Below are positions 54,686 through 63,842 of a stretch of 64,000 bases of DNA, piece by piece (within the stretch, counting starts at the first letter, position 1; every line of letters begins with the position of its first letter). The position numbers and the translations under genes are program-made. The DNA comes from Acidobacteriota bacterium (lineage in GTDB: Bacteria; Acidobacteriota; Thermoanaerobaculia; Multivoradales; UBA5704): positions 32,777 to 96,776 of the forward strand of contig JBDTZG010000018.1 in assembly GCA_040005235.1 (NCBI GenBank), read 5' to 3'. The notes below the pieces were generated by a model. It saw nothing but the letters and a program-made list of their open reading frames with translations. It was not told the origin of the DNA and did no database searches.

Positions 54686-55833
54686 GTCTCGCGCCCCCGC
54701 AGGTGGTCGAGCAGGCCGGAGAAGAAGACCTGCCCCTCGGGCCCGAGCGCGACGCCCGAAAGCGCATCGCGCGCGTCGGCGAGCCGGAAGTCGATCATCT
54801 CTTCGACCTTCGCCCGCGCGCCGGAGGCTTCGATCAGCCGCTGGATCTGCCGCGCCCGCAGCTCGTCGAGGCTCGGATCGCCGAGCGCCGCGGCGATCGT
54901 CGCCCGGTCGGCAGGGGTCGACCCGGCGAGCGCGTGATGGATTAGAAAGGTGAGCTTGCCCTCTTTCAAATCCGCCTCGACCGGCTTGCCGGTGCGCTCC
55001 GGGTCGCCAAACGTGCCGAGCAGGTCGTCCTGAAGCTGAAATGCTTCGCCCACCGAGCGGCCGTAGCGGCAGAGCGCCGCGGTTGACTCAGGCGGTGCTC
55101 CGGCGAGGAGCGCGCCGAGTTGAATCGGCCGTTCCGCCGTGTAGCGCCCCGATTTCATCTGGAGCACGCGCAGCAGCTCGGCTTGCCGCACCTCGTTCGG
55201 CCGGGTCCGGCGGCCGGCGATCAGCAGCTCGGAGTATTGGCCGGCGATCACCTCTTCGCACATCGCGGCGAAGGCGGCGAGCAGCTCGGAGCGCCGTGCG
55301 CCGTCGATGGGAAGTGCGAACACCTGCTCGACCGCCCAGGTCTGCGCGAGATCGCCCAACAGGATCGCGACCGAGATGCCGAACTCGCCCGCATCCCCGG
55401 CGAGACCGCGCGAGCGGTAGGCGTCGCGAAAGCGCACCTGCGCCGAAGGCTCGCCGCGCCGAAGTTCGGCGTGGTCCATCACGTCGTCGTGGATCAGCAG
55501 ATAGGTGTGCAATAGCTCGGTTGCGAGCGCGAGCGGCAGGGCCTCTTGGTCCTTCGTTCCGCCGAACGCGCGGTAGGTGAACCAGACGAACGCCGGGCGC
55601 AACCGCTTGCCGCCCAGGTTCGCCAGGTGGCCGATGCCGTCGATCAGCTCCAGCCGCGCCAGGTCGCCGCTTTCGCCTTCGCCGCGCGCCGCGCGCCGCT
55701 TGGCCGCGAGCAGTTCGTCGAGCGCCGCGTCGAGCCGGGCGCGAAAATCGGCGAACAGCGGGTCGAAAGACAAGTTTTCGCCGTGGAGCGGTCGAGCCTC
55801 CGGAGCGAAAGCGATGGCGATGGGCGAAGTCAT
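54682..55833 (-). CDS. Short-chain polyprenyl (FPP/GGPP) diphosphate synthase
   Basis: GGKRLRP; FARM HDDVMD with Tyr at -5; RRG; SARM FQLQDDLLG. Confidence 0.9.
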   Translation of the reverse strand: MTSPIAIAFAPEARPLHGENLSFDPLFADFRARLDAALDELLAAKRRAARGEGESGDLARLELIDGIGHLANLGGKRLRPAFVWFTYRAFGGTKDQEALPLALATELLHTYLLIHDDVMDHAELRRGEPSAQVRFRDAYRSRGLAGDAGEFGISVAILLGDLAQTWAVEQVFALPIDGARRSELLAAFAAMCEEVIAGQYSELLIAGRRTRPNEVRQAELLRVLQMKSGRYTAERPIQLGALLAGAPPESTAALCRYGRSVGEAFQLQDDLLGTFGDPERTGKPVEADLKEGKLTFLIHHALAGSTPADRATIAAALGDPSLDELRARQIQRLIEASGARAKVEEMIDFRLADARDALSGVALGPEGQVFFSGLLDHLRGRET

Positions 55834-55918
55834 CGAGATCTCGGCGCACGGGCGAGGCGCCCGTGCGCCGAATGGCGATCAGTCTAGCAGGGTCGGCGGC
55901 GTCCGCCCCCGAACGGCC

Positions 55919-57277
55919 TCAGGCGCCCTTCACCCGATAGCTCCGAAGCTTCCGGTTCAGGGTCTTGACGTCGATGCCCAGGATCCGCGCCGCGCGCGCC
56001 TTCAAGCCGCCGGTGTAATCGAGCGTCCGCATCAGGTGCCGACGCTCGATCTCGTCGAGCGGCAGCGGTTCGGACAGGTCGTCCGCCTCGCTCTGCGCCG
56101 GCAGGTTGGGGCGGAAGCCGTGGGGCAGATCCTCGACCGCGATCGTGTCGCCGCGCGAGAGCAGCACCGCGGTTTCGACCGTGTTGGCCAACTCGCGGAC
56201 GTTGCCCGGCCAGGAGTACGAGGCGAGCAGGTCGAGCACCGGGTCGGAGAACCGCTTGCGCGCGGTGCCCGGGACGTGGAACCGCTCCAGGTAATAGTCG
56301 AGCAGCAGCGGTACGTCCTCGCGCCGGTCGCGCAGGGGGGGCATGCGGATCTGCACCACGTTCAGGCGGAAGAACAGGTCGCGGCGGAACCTGCCGGCGG
56401 CGATCTCTTTTTCCAGATCGCCGTTGGTCGCTGCAACCACCCGCACGTCGATGGTCTTTTCGACCGTCGCGCCGACCGGGCGGATCTCCTGCGTGTCGAG
56501 CACCTGGAGTAGCTTCGCCTGCATCACGGGTTTCAGCTCGGAGACCTCGTCCAGAAAGATCGTGCCGCCGTCTGCGACCTCGAACAGGCCGGGTTTCGAT
56601 TCGACCGCGCCGGTGAACGCCCCTCGGGCATGGCCGAACAGCTCGCTTTCGAACAGCGCTTCCTGGAGCGCGCCGCAGTTGATCTGAAGGAACGGTTCGC
56701 GCCCGCTCGCGAGGTGAAGGGTCTTGGCCATCAGGCCCTTGCCGGTGCCGGTCTCGCCGGTGAACAGAACCGGAGCGCGCGAGGTGGCGATGGTTTCGAG
56801 CTTGCGCAGGACGTCCTGGATTCTTTGCGAGGTCGAAACGATCGGTCCGGTGAACGGCTGCTGCGCCGCGATCCGGCGCAAAACCGTGTTCTCGCGCGCC
56901 AGCCGGTGCCGTTCGACGGCGTGCGAGACGGTTCGCACGAGAGCCTCGGCGCCGATCGGTTGGCGGATGAAATCGAACGCGGTGCGGCGCATCGCCTCGA
57001 CCGCCTGTTCGAAGGTTGCCGCGGCCGAGGTGACGATCACTTCGGGGGCGAGCCCGGCGCCGCGCACCTCCGCGATCAGCTCCAAGGGGTCGCGCCCGGG
57101 CAGATCGAGGTCCAGGACCAGGACGTCGACGTTGAGGCGACCGATCGCTCGGGTGACGGTTTCACCGTCGTCGGTCGTCGCCACCATCAGCCCGGCTTGG
57201 CGAAGTGCTTTCTCGGCAAACGGGGCGAACGATTGGTCGCTGAGCGCAAGCAAGATTTGGGAACCGTTCATCGTCAT
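55919..57277 (-). CDS. Sigma54-dependent NtrC-family activator with an atypical receiver domain
   Basis: GETGTGK, ESELFGH..GAFTGA, FLDEV, WPGNVREL and a Fis-type HTH. Confidence 0.92.
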   Translation of the reverse strand: MTMNGSQILLALSDQSFAPFAEKALRQAGLMVATTDDGETVTRAIGRLNVDVLVLDLDLPGRDPLELIAEVRGAGLAPEVIVTSAAATFEQAVEAMRRTAFDFIRQPIGAEALVRTVSHAVERHRLARENTVLRRIAAQQPFTGPIVSTSQRIQDVLRKLETIATSRAPVLFTGETGTGKGLMAKTLHLASGREPFLQINCGALQEALFESELFGHARGAFTGAVESKPGLFEVADGGTIFLDEVSELKPVMQAKLLQVLDTQEIRPVGATVEKTIDVRVVAATNGDLEKEIAAGRFRRDLFFRLNVVQIRMPPLRDRREDVPLLLDYYLERFHVPGTARKRFSDPVLDLLASYSWPGNVRELANTVETAVLLSRGDTIAVEDLPHGFRPNLPAQSEADDLSEPLPLDEIERRHLMRTLDYTGGLKARAARILGIDVKTLNRKLRSYRVKGA

Positions 57278-57334
57278 GGCATTCTCTGATTTTGTGTCCG
57301 GCAAGGGTTGGCTGGAATCATCAAACGGGTCACA

Positions 57335-57352
57335 TTGCAGGTTCAGTGCCAA
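57335..57352 (-). promoter_or_regulatory. Putative sigma54 -24/-12 promoter
   Basis: Minus strand TTGGCACTGAACCTGCAA has exact GG-N10-GC spacing, about 60 bp upstream of the activator start. Confidence 0.6.
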
Positions 57353-57631
57353 GTCCTTTTCCCTTTGCTAAAGCGCTAGCGATTGAGCTGCCGGCGAAGT
57401 CCGGTGTCGACTACACTCTGCCTTAATAGGTGATTTTGACGGAGATTTTGATGCCTCGCATCTTGCCGCCGGCTGCGCCTGCTCGGCCACCGTGTTCGGC
57501 TGGGCGGCCGGGGGTGACCGTTCTCGTCGGCGAGTGGATGGTTTGAACGGATGCTCAATGAACTTGAACGATTTACAATTTCCTGCGTAGAAACGATCGC
57601 CCTGGGGACGGTCTGCTACACTTCCACTCTC

Positions 57632-59086
57632 ATGTCCGAGATTCCTTCGCGGCCCGCCGCAGACCGCATCGTTCCGCGCGCGCCTACTCCGGCGGGGAGC
57701 TCCGGCCGGGTCGGGATGATCTCTCTCGGCTGCCCAAAGAACCTGGTGGACAGCGAGATCATGCTCGGCGAGCTGTCGCGCCGGGGGTACGAGGTCGTGC
57801 GCGACCTCGAATCGGCCGAGACGGTGATCGTCAACACCTGCGGCTTCATCGAAGAGGCGAAGCAGGAGTCGATCGACGCCATCCTGGAGGTCGCGGGAAG
57901 GAAAGGTGACGGGGGAGTGAAGCGGCTTCTGGTGGCCGGCTGCATGGTCAACCGGTACGGCGACGAGCTGGCGCGCGAAATCCCCGAAATCGACGGTTTC
58001 GTCGGCCTCGACCAGCTGCGCGAGGTGGGCGAAGTGGTCCAGCTGGGCGGCGGTCCGCCCTTGCCCGCGCCCGCGCATCTGGTTTTCGATCACACCGCGC
58101 CGCGCCTGCTCACCACCCAGGGCTTCGCCTATCTGAAGGTAGCCGAAGGGTGCAACAACCCCTGCACCTTCTGTGCGATTCCGATCTGGCGCGGCCGGTT
58201 CCGCAGCCGCACGATCGACAGCCTGGTCGCCGAGGCGCGCGAGCTCGAAGCGGCAGGCGTCGTCGAGCTGAACCTGATCGCCCAGGACACCACCCGCTAC
58301 GGCGAGGATCTCGGCCACCGCCGCCACGGCCTCACCCGGCTGGTCGAGGCGCTGCTCGCCGGCACCTCGATTCCGTGGATCCGCTTCCTCTACGCCTACC
58401 CGACCACGCTCGACGAGGACCTGCTCCGCCTGATGGGCCAGGAGCCGCGCTTCTGCTCTTATATCGACATGCCGCTCCAGCACAGCCACGGCGACATCCT
58501 CACCGCCATGCGCCGGGGCGGCGACGCGAAGCGCTACCTGAAACTGCTCGACCGGGCGCGCCAGCTGGCGCCCGAAGTCTCGTTGCGGTCCACGTTCATC
58601 GTCGGTTTTCCCGGCGAGACCGAGGAGCATTTTCAAGACCTGCTCCGCTTCGTCGAGCGGGCGCGGTTCGACCATCTCGGCGCCTTCGCCTACAGCCCCG
58701 AGCCGGAGACCCCCGGCGCAAGTTTGCCCAACCGGGTGCCGAAGCAGACCGCGCGCCGCCGCCATCGCCAATTGCTCGAAATCCAGGCACCGATCGCGCT
58801 CGCCAGCCGCCGCGCCCACGTGGGCAAGCGGATGGCGGTGCTGGTCGAAGGGGTCTGCGAGGAGAGCGAGCACCTGCTCCAGGGCCGCCATCAGGGACAA
58901 GCCCCAGAGATCGACGGCCGCATTCTGATCAACGACGGCTCGGCGCCGGTCGGCTCGATCGTCGAGGTCGAGATCACCGAAGCGCACCCGACCGACCTGG
59001 TCGGCCGCATCGTCGGCTCCTTCGGATTGCGAACGCCCGGTGTGATCCCCGCCGAGCTCGACGAGTTGGCCGCGCTTCCCGCTTGA
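57632..59086 (+). CDS. rimO: Ribosomal protein S12 methylthiotransferase
   Basis: SLGCPKNLVDSE, NTCGFI, EGCNNPCTFC, IAQDTT.YG and QAPEIDG TRAM domain. Confidence 0.95.
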   Translation: MSEIPSRPAADRIVPRAPTPAGSSGRVGMISLGCPKNLVDSEIMLGELSRRGYEVVRDLESAETVIVNTCGFIEEAKQESIDAILEVAGRKGDGGVKRLLVAGCMVNRYGDELAREIPEIDGFVGLDQLREVGEVVQLGGGPPLPAPAHLVFDHTAPRLLTTQGFAYLKVAEGCNNPCTFCAIPIWRGRFRSRTIDSLVAEARELEAAGVVELNLIAQDTTRYGEDLGHRRHGLTRLVEALLAGTSIPWIRFLYAYPTTLDEDLLRLMGQEPRFCSYIDMPLQHSHGDILTAMRRGGDAKRYLKLLDRARQLAPEVSLRSTFIVGFPGETEEHFQDLLRFVERARFDHLGAFAYSPEPETPGASLPNRVPKQTARRRHRQLLEIQAPIALASRRAHVGKRMAVLVEGVCEESEHLLQGRHQGQAPEIDGRILINDGSAPVGSIVEVEITEAHPTDLVGRIVGSFGLRTPGVIPAELDELAALPA

Positions 59087-59099
59087 GGACGGACCCCCG

Positions 59100-60080
59100 A
59101 TGATCGTCATCCAGGACGCTCTGGACGCGAGCGATCCGCCGCGCGAAGGTATCGCCACGATCGGCAATTACGACGGCGTCCACCGTGGGCAGCAGGCGAT
59201 CCTCGATCAGGTCGCCTCCCGGGCGCGCGAAGCCGCCTGCCCGGCCGTCGTAGTGACCTTCGACCCGCATCCGCTGTCCGTCCTGCGCCCCAATCAGGCC
59301 CCGCTGCTGATCACCACGCCGGAGCAGAAGGAGCGCCAGCTGCGCGCGCTGGACGTGCAATATTTACTCATCGTCCGTTTCACCCGGGAGCTGGCGCGCA
59401 TGCCGGCGCGCCAGTTCGTGCGCGATTTCCTCCACCGGGAATTGGCGGTTCGGGAGATCCACGTCGGGTCCACCTTCACCTTCGGCCGCGAGCGCGAGGG
59501 GAATCTCGCCCTGCTCGCCGAGATGGGCCAGACGCTCGGATTCACCGCCCACCCGGTCGAAGAGGTGATCTACCGCGGCGAGCGGATCTCCAGTACCCGC
59601 ATCCGCGCGGCGATCGGCGACGGCCGGATCGCCGAGGCGAACGACATGCTCGGCCGGCCGTTCGCGATCACCGGCACGGTCGCCCGGGGCGATCGGATGG
59701 GCCAGCGGCTCGGCTGGCCGACGATCAACGTCGCCTCCGATCACCGCCTGCTGCCAGGCGACGGCGTCTACGTCTCGCGGGTCCATTTCCCCAGCTATCC
59801 GGCCACTTTCGACTGCGTGACCAACGTCGGAACCCGGCCGACCGTGTACGAGAACTACCAAAGAGTGGTCGAGAGCCATATCCTCGACTTCTCCGCCGAC
59901 GTCTACGGCGAACGGGTGGAGCTTCAGTTCCACCGCCAGCTGCGCGAAGAGCGGATTTTCCCGACCGTGATGGACCTCTCGGCCCAGATCGGGCGTGACG
60001 TCGAAGCGACGCGCGAGCACTTCGCGCGCAAACGGATGGAAGACGTAGAGGTCGGACCGGCACCGAAGGCCCGGGAGTAA
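59100..60080 (+). CDS. ribF: Bifunctional riboflavin kinase/FAD synthetase
   Basis: IGNYDGVHRGQ, TFDPHP, ISSTRIR, LGWPTIN, NVGTRPT and ESHILDF. Confidence 0.95.
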   Translation: MIVIQDALDASDPPREGIATIGNYDGVHRGQQAILDQVASRAREAACPAVVVTFDPHPLSVLRPNQAPLLITTPEQKERQLRALDVQYLLIVRFTRELARMPARQFVRDFLHRELAVREIHVGSTFTFGREREGNLALLAEMGQTLGFTAHPVEEVIYRGERISSTRIRAAIGDGRIAEANDMLGRPFAITGTVARGDRMGQRLGWPTINVASDHRLLPGDGVYVSRVHFPSYPATFDCVTNVGTRPTVYENYQRVVESHILDFSADVYGERVELQFHRQLREERIFPTVMDLSAQIGRDVEATREHFARKRMEDVEVGPAPKARE

Positions 60081-60267
60081 ACTCGGGGAAAAGATCGTTC
60101 AGTACAGAAGGATCGGTCGAAAGCGCCTCGGCAAAACGCCCGATCCCGGACTTTTGTCTCATACTCGAGACGCAAGTTGAGACAAATCGGCCGCCGAGGC
60201 CGGCATTCCATGCACCCACATTCGCGGCGGCCCAAGCCCGCCGCTCGAAGAAGGAGAGGGAACCAAA

Positions 60268-60606
60268 ATGGCGAACGACAAGATCGTCACGATCACCGAG
60301 CAGAACTTCGAAGTGGAGGTTCTCCAGTCGAAGGAACCGGTTCTGGTGGATTTCTGGGCCACCTGGTGCGGACCGTGCCGAACGGTGGCGCCGACGCTGG
60401 ACACGCTCGCGGACGAATTGCACGGCAAAGTGCGGATCGGCAAGCTGAACGTCGACGAGGAGCGCAACCTGGCGATCAAGTACGACATCAAGAGCATCCC
60501 GATGTTCATCCTGTTCAAGGACGGTAAGCCGGTCGACCGCGCGGTAGGAGCGATGACCAAGCCGGCGTTCCAGAATCTGGTCGGCAAGCACGTCGCGATC
60601 GCCTGA
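60268..60606 (+). CDS. trxA: Thioredoxin
   Basis: VDFWATWCGPC active site; SIP; AGGAG RBS. Confidence 0.95.
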   Translation: MANDKIVTITEQNFEVEVLQSKEPVLVDFWATWCGPCRTVAPTLDTLADELHGKVRIGKLNVDEERNLAIKYDIKSIPMFILFKDGKPVDRAVGAMTKPAFQNLVGKHVAIA

Positions 60607-60697
60607 ACCGGCCTGTCCGGGCCCGGAGGTAGGGGCGACCTCGTGGCCGTCCTGGTCTAGCACCCACGCCTCCCCCGGCCCGGGCGTCGTTTGCCCG

Positions 60698-61945
60698 ATG
60701 CCGCTCGCCGACCTCACCCGCGGCCGCGATCTGCTCGCGGCCGGTCTCGCCGATCTGGGCGCCCGTGCCTTGGTGATCGTCGCCCACTGCGGAAGCGATC
60801 CGGACATCGCCCCGTTCACCCGCGGAGCCCACCTACACGACTGCTTCGTCCTTGCCCTGCCCGGCTCGGCGCCGTGTCTCGGCTACATCTCGCCCATGGA
60901 GCGAGGCGAAGCGGCGGAAACCGGCCTCGATCTGCTTATCCCGGAAGCGCTCGACGTCGAAAAGCTGATCCAAGAAGGCGCGGAGCCCGCCCGCTTCTGG
61001 GCCGAAGTGCTGGCCAAGGGGCTGGCCCTCGCAGGTCTCGCCCCCGAAACCGAAGCCCACCGCCTGGCCCTCGCCGGCCACGCCGCCTCCGGGGTGATCC
61101 ACGCCGCAGCCCTAGACCTCGGCCGCCGCGGCTGGAGCTTTGTCGCCGGCAACGACCTCGCCCGTCGTTTCCGCCAAACAAAAACTGAAGAAGAGATCAC
61201 CGAAATCCGCCGCGCCGCGGCAGGAACCTGCGCCGCCTTCCGAAGAGTGGCCGAGATGCTCGCCCACGCGGCCCCTCGCCCGGAAGGGGACCTCCACCTC
61301 GAAGGCGAGCCCCTCACCATCGCCCGCCTCCGCCGCGAAGTCGCCCGAACCCTCGCCGAGCACGGGCTCGAACAGCCGAACGGCAACCTGATCGCCCCGG
61401 GAGAAGAAGGGGCGATGCCCCACTCGACCGGCACCAACGCCCGAGTCCTTAGGACCGGAGAGTCGCTGGTCGTCGATCTCTTCCCCAAGGGCAACCTCTA
61501 CGCCGACTGCACCCGCACCTTCTGCGTCGGAGAGCCGCCCCCGGCCCTCGCCGCAGCCCACGCCGCCGTCCTCGATGCGTTGCGCTACGCGCACGAAGCC
61601 GCCCGACCGGGAGTGCGCGGCTGGGCGCTCCAAGAGCAGACTTGCACCTTCCTTTCGTCCCGCGGCTACAAAACCCCGATCACTCACCCTGGAACCACCG
61701 AAGGCTACGTCCACGGCCTGGGCCACGGGGTAGGATTCGAGCTGCACGAGTTCCCCAGCTTCCGAAAGCATGCCGGTGCTGAAGGCGTCCTCCGCATCGG
61801 CGATGTCTTCACCCTGGAGCCCGGGTTATACCAGGTGGATGAAGGCTGGGCGGTCCGGCTGGAAGATCTGGTAGTCCTCGGCGCCGAGGGGTTTGAGAAT
61901 CTGACGCCGCTGCCGTACGAGCTGGATCCCGGGGTGTGGGTGTAA
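60698..61945 (+). CDS. M24 family Xaa-Pro aminopeptidase
   Basis: PH, VVDLFP, YADCTRTF, HGLGHGVG..LHE.P, TLEPGLY and VRLED. Confidence 0.9.
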   Translation: MPLADLTRGRDLLAAGLADLGARALVIVAHCGSDPDIAPFTRGAHLHDCFVLALPGSAPCLGYISPMERGEAAETGLDLLIPEALDVEKLIQEGAEPARFWAEVLAKGLALAGLAPETEAHRLALAGHAASGVIHAAALDLGRRGWSFVAGNDLARRFRQTKTEEEITEIRRAAAGTCAAFRRVAEMLAHAAPRPEGDLHLEGEPLTIARLRREVARTLAEHGLEQPNGNLIAPGEEGAMPHSTGTNARVLRTGESLVVDLFPKGNLYADCTRTFCVGEPPPALAAAHAAVLDALRYAHEAARPGVRGWALQEQTCTFLSSRGYKTPITHPGTTEGYVHGLGHGVGFELHEFPSFRKHAGAEGVLRIGDVFTLEPGLYQVDEGWAVRLEDLVVLGAEGFENLTPLPYELDPGVWV

Positions 61946-61990
61946 GGGTTTCAGGCTGGAGTTGCAGTGCAAGCCGCTAGCATTGCTATC

Positions 61991-62233
61991 GTGCTCCGAG
62001 AGCCAAAGGCCCAACTGATTGTACGGAACCTCGAAGAGGAGGTCGTTCGCGAGTTGCGGATGCGGGCGGCGAGCCATGGCCGCTCGGCGGAAGCGGAGCA
62101 CCGGGAGATCCTGCGTGAGGCACTGCTCCCCGGCAGGAGAAAGATGTCTCTTCAGGAGTTCCTCCTCACAATGCCAAATGTTGGGGAGGACGCCGACCGG
62201 AGCGAGGACCGTGGGCGGGACGTGGAGCTTTGA
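61991..62233 (+). pseudogene. FitA-like ribbon-helix-helix antitoxin; canonical start codon apparently mutated (AAG at 62006)
   Basis: (K)AQLIVRNLEEEVVRELRMRAASHGRSAEAEHREIL; family members normally start MAQL. An upstream GTG could substitute. Confidence 0.6.
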
Positions 62234-62621
62234 GCTATCTTCTCGACACGAAGGGACGCGCTGCGATCCGGGGGTAGCCACATGGTTTGCGGGAATCTCC
62301 AGGGAAGAGGTCTATCTGAGCGCGTTGACGATCGGCGAGATCCGCAAGGGAATCGAGAACATCCGGCGGCGTGATGAGAGGACGGCCGAAGCCCTGGAGG
62401 CCTGGCTTGCCGAGCTTGTGGCCACTTTCTCTGACCGGATTGTGCCGATTGACGAAAGCATTGCCGAGCGATGGGGTCGGTTCAACGTTCCAGATCCTTT
62501 ACCGGTGATCGACGGCCTTCTCGCCGCCACGGCGAGCGTGCAGGGCCTGGTTTTGGTCACTCGGAACATCCAGGACATGGAGCGGACCGGGGTCGCCTTT
62601 TTGAATCCTTTCAGCGCTTGA
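62230..62621 (+). pseudogene. FitB/VapC PIN toxin, frameshifted by an internal deletion
   Basis: TTG-SYLLDT runs into a TAG, while the rest of the PIN domain (CDPGV..W, LSALTIGEIRKG, DGLLAATA, VTRN..D) is in another frame; the NV.SELRK segment is missing. Confidence 0.8.
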
Positions 62622-62728
62622 AAGTTAGCCTCAACTGATCCCCGAAGGGAGAGGGATGGTAGCGGGGCGGAAGCCGACTCCAGAAAGAATTGGTCGCGCG
62701 GACCGACTGATCGACGATCAAGCGCCTA

Positions 62729-62797
62729 TCAAGGGAGCGGGTCGGAGTCGGCAGCGGTGATCAGTGGACCGCTATCCACGATCGCGATCGATATCAT
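62729..62797 (-). pseudogene. PIN toxin remnant
   Basis: MISIAIVDSGPLITAAD then a stop; an LDRR-like C-terminal scrap adjoins in another frame; overlaps the antitoxin end. Confidence 0.55.
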
Positions 62798-63018
62798 TGG
62801 CCCAATCTCTCGCCAGCGCCTCGTCCATCCGTTCGGCCGGGACCATCTCTGGGTCATGGAAAAGAGCCGCCCACGGAATATCCCGAGGCTCCGGTGGACC
62901 TGTCAAACCCTGAAGGATGAAACCGCGAATGACCTCGGACACGCTACTTTCGCGTCGCCGAGCCTCCGCCGACGAAATCGGCGAGATCATCCGGGAGGGT
63001 GATCGTTGTGCGTTTCAT
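62772..63018 (-). pseudogene. CopG/ribbon-helix-helix antitoxin, frameshifted
   Basis: MKRTTITLPDDLADFV in one frame continues as AEARRRESSVSEVIR...MDEALARDW in another frame. Confidence 0.7.
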
Positions 63019-63042
63019 ACCTGCATACTAGCGTCGCTCGTC

Positions 63043-63108
63043 AATGCCTACGACTTCACCACACCGGGCCAGTTGATCTCAGGCTTTCATCGCGAGGTGG
63101 AACCATGA
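63043..63108 (+). pseudogene. C-terminal remnant of a DUF6516-like toxin
   Basis: AYDFTTPGQLISGFHREVEP* overlaps (ATGA) the start of the HVO_A0114-like gene. Confidence 0.45.
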
Positions 63109-63358
63109 AAACCGTGACTCTTGACGTGCGAACGCCAGCCGAATCGATGAAGGACTTCGTACGCGCCTGGGAGACCGCCAAGCCTGCGACTTCGGCGCGG
63201 ATCAGCTTCGCTACCCCGGAACTGCTCTGGAAAGTTCTGACGGCTAAGCGATGGGCGCTGCTCAAAGCGCTTTGCGGCGCGGGTCCGCTCTCGATTCGCG
63301 AAGCCGCCCGGCGCGTTGGCCGGGACGTCAAGGCGGTTCATGGTGACGTCACGGCCCG
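63105..63358 (+). pseudogene. HVO_A0114-family winged-helix antitoxin, truncated after the HTH
   Basis: ISFATPELLWKVLTAKRWALLKAL.GAGPLSIREAARRVGRDVKAVHGDV; similarity then stops and the frame runs antisense to the next gene. Confidence 0.7.
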
Positions 63359-63437
63359 GTCCTACTCACCGAACTCCCCGCGGGCCACCTCCGCCGCCTT
63401 CCCCTCTCACAAGCACCTCGCAAAGGTAGCTGTCGCC

Positions 63438-63842
63438 TTAGCTCGTAATGGTGGGTGTCGCTTGACACCGGTAGGCCGCGTCCACGAAAGCTTCGTTGTA
63501 GTCGGCGGTATTGCGCGCGCTTGCGTCCAGCCGCCGCAGGCCGTTGGGGTCCCGGTTCTGCTCGAGGTTGATGAACTCGTCGCAATACAAGAAGGCCCGC
63601 GCAACATCGACCCGTTTGCCGGCCACGCAAGTCGCATCGCCATTGCACTGCGTGATCTGGCCGGTCCAGAACTCCAGACCGCCGGAATCGGCGGTCCGAT
63701 CCAAAAAGTCGAGGAAATGTTTCTGGACGAAGACACCCGCGTCGTCGATCGGATTTGCCGCAAGGGCGGGAATCGCCGCGAACAGCGCGGCGGAGAGAGA
63801 AAAGAGCACACGTATCCTACGCTGGACGAGATTCGAGATCAT
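63438..63842 (-). CDS. Secreted protein with a DUF4214-like repeat, probably truncated
   Basis: AGGAG RBS; signal peptide; FVQKHFLDFLDRTADSGGLEFWTGQI..C....C...RVDVARAF...EF; ends soon after NEAFVDAAY. Confidence 0.6.
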   Translation of the reverse strand: MISNLVQRRIRVLFSLSAALFAAIPALAANPIDDAGVFVQKHFLDFLDRTADSGGLEFWTGQITQCNGDATCVAGKRVDVARAFLYCDEFINLEQNRDPNGLRRLDASARNTADYNEAFVDAAYRCQATPTITS

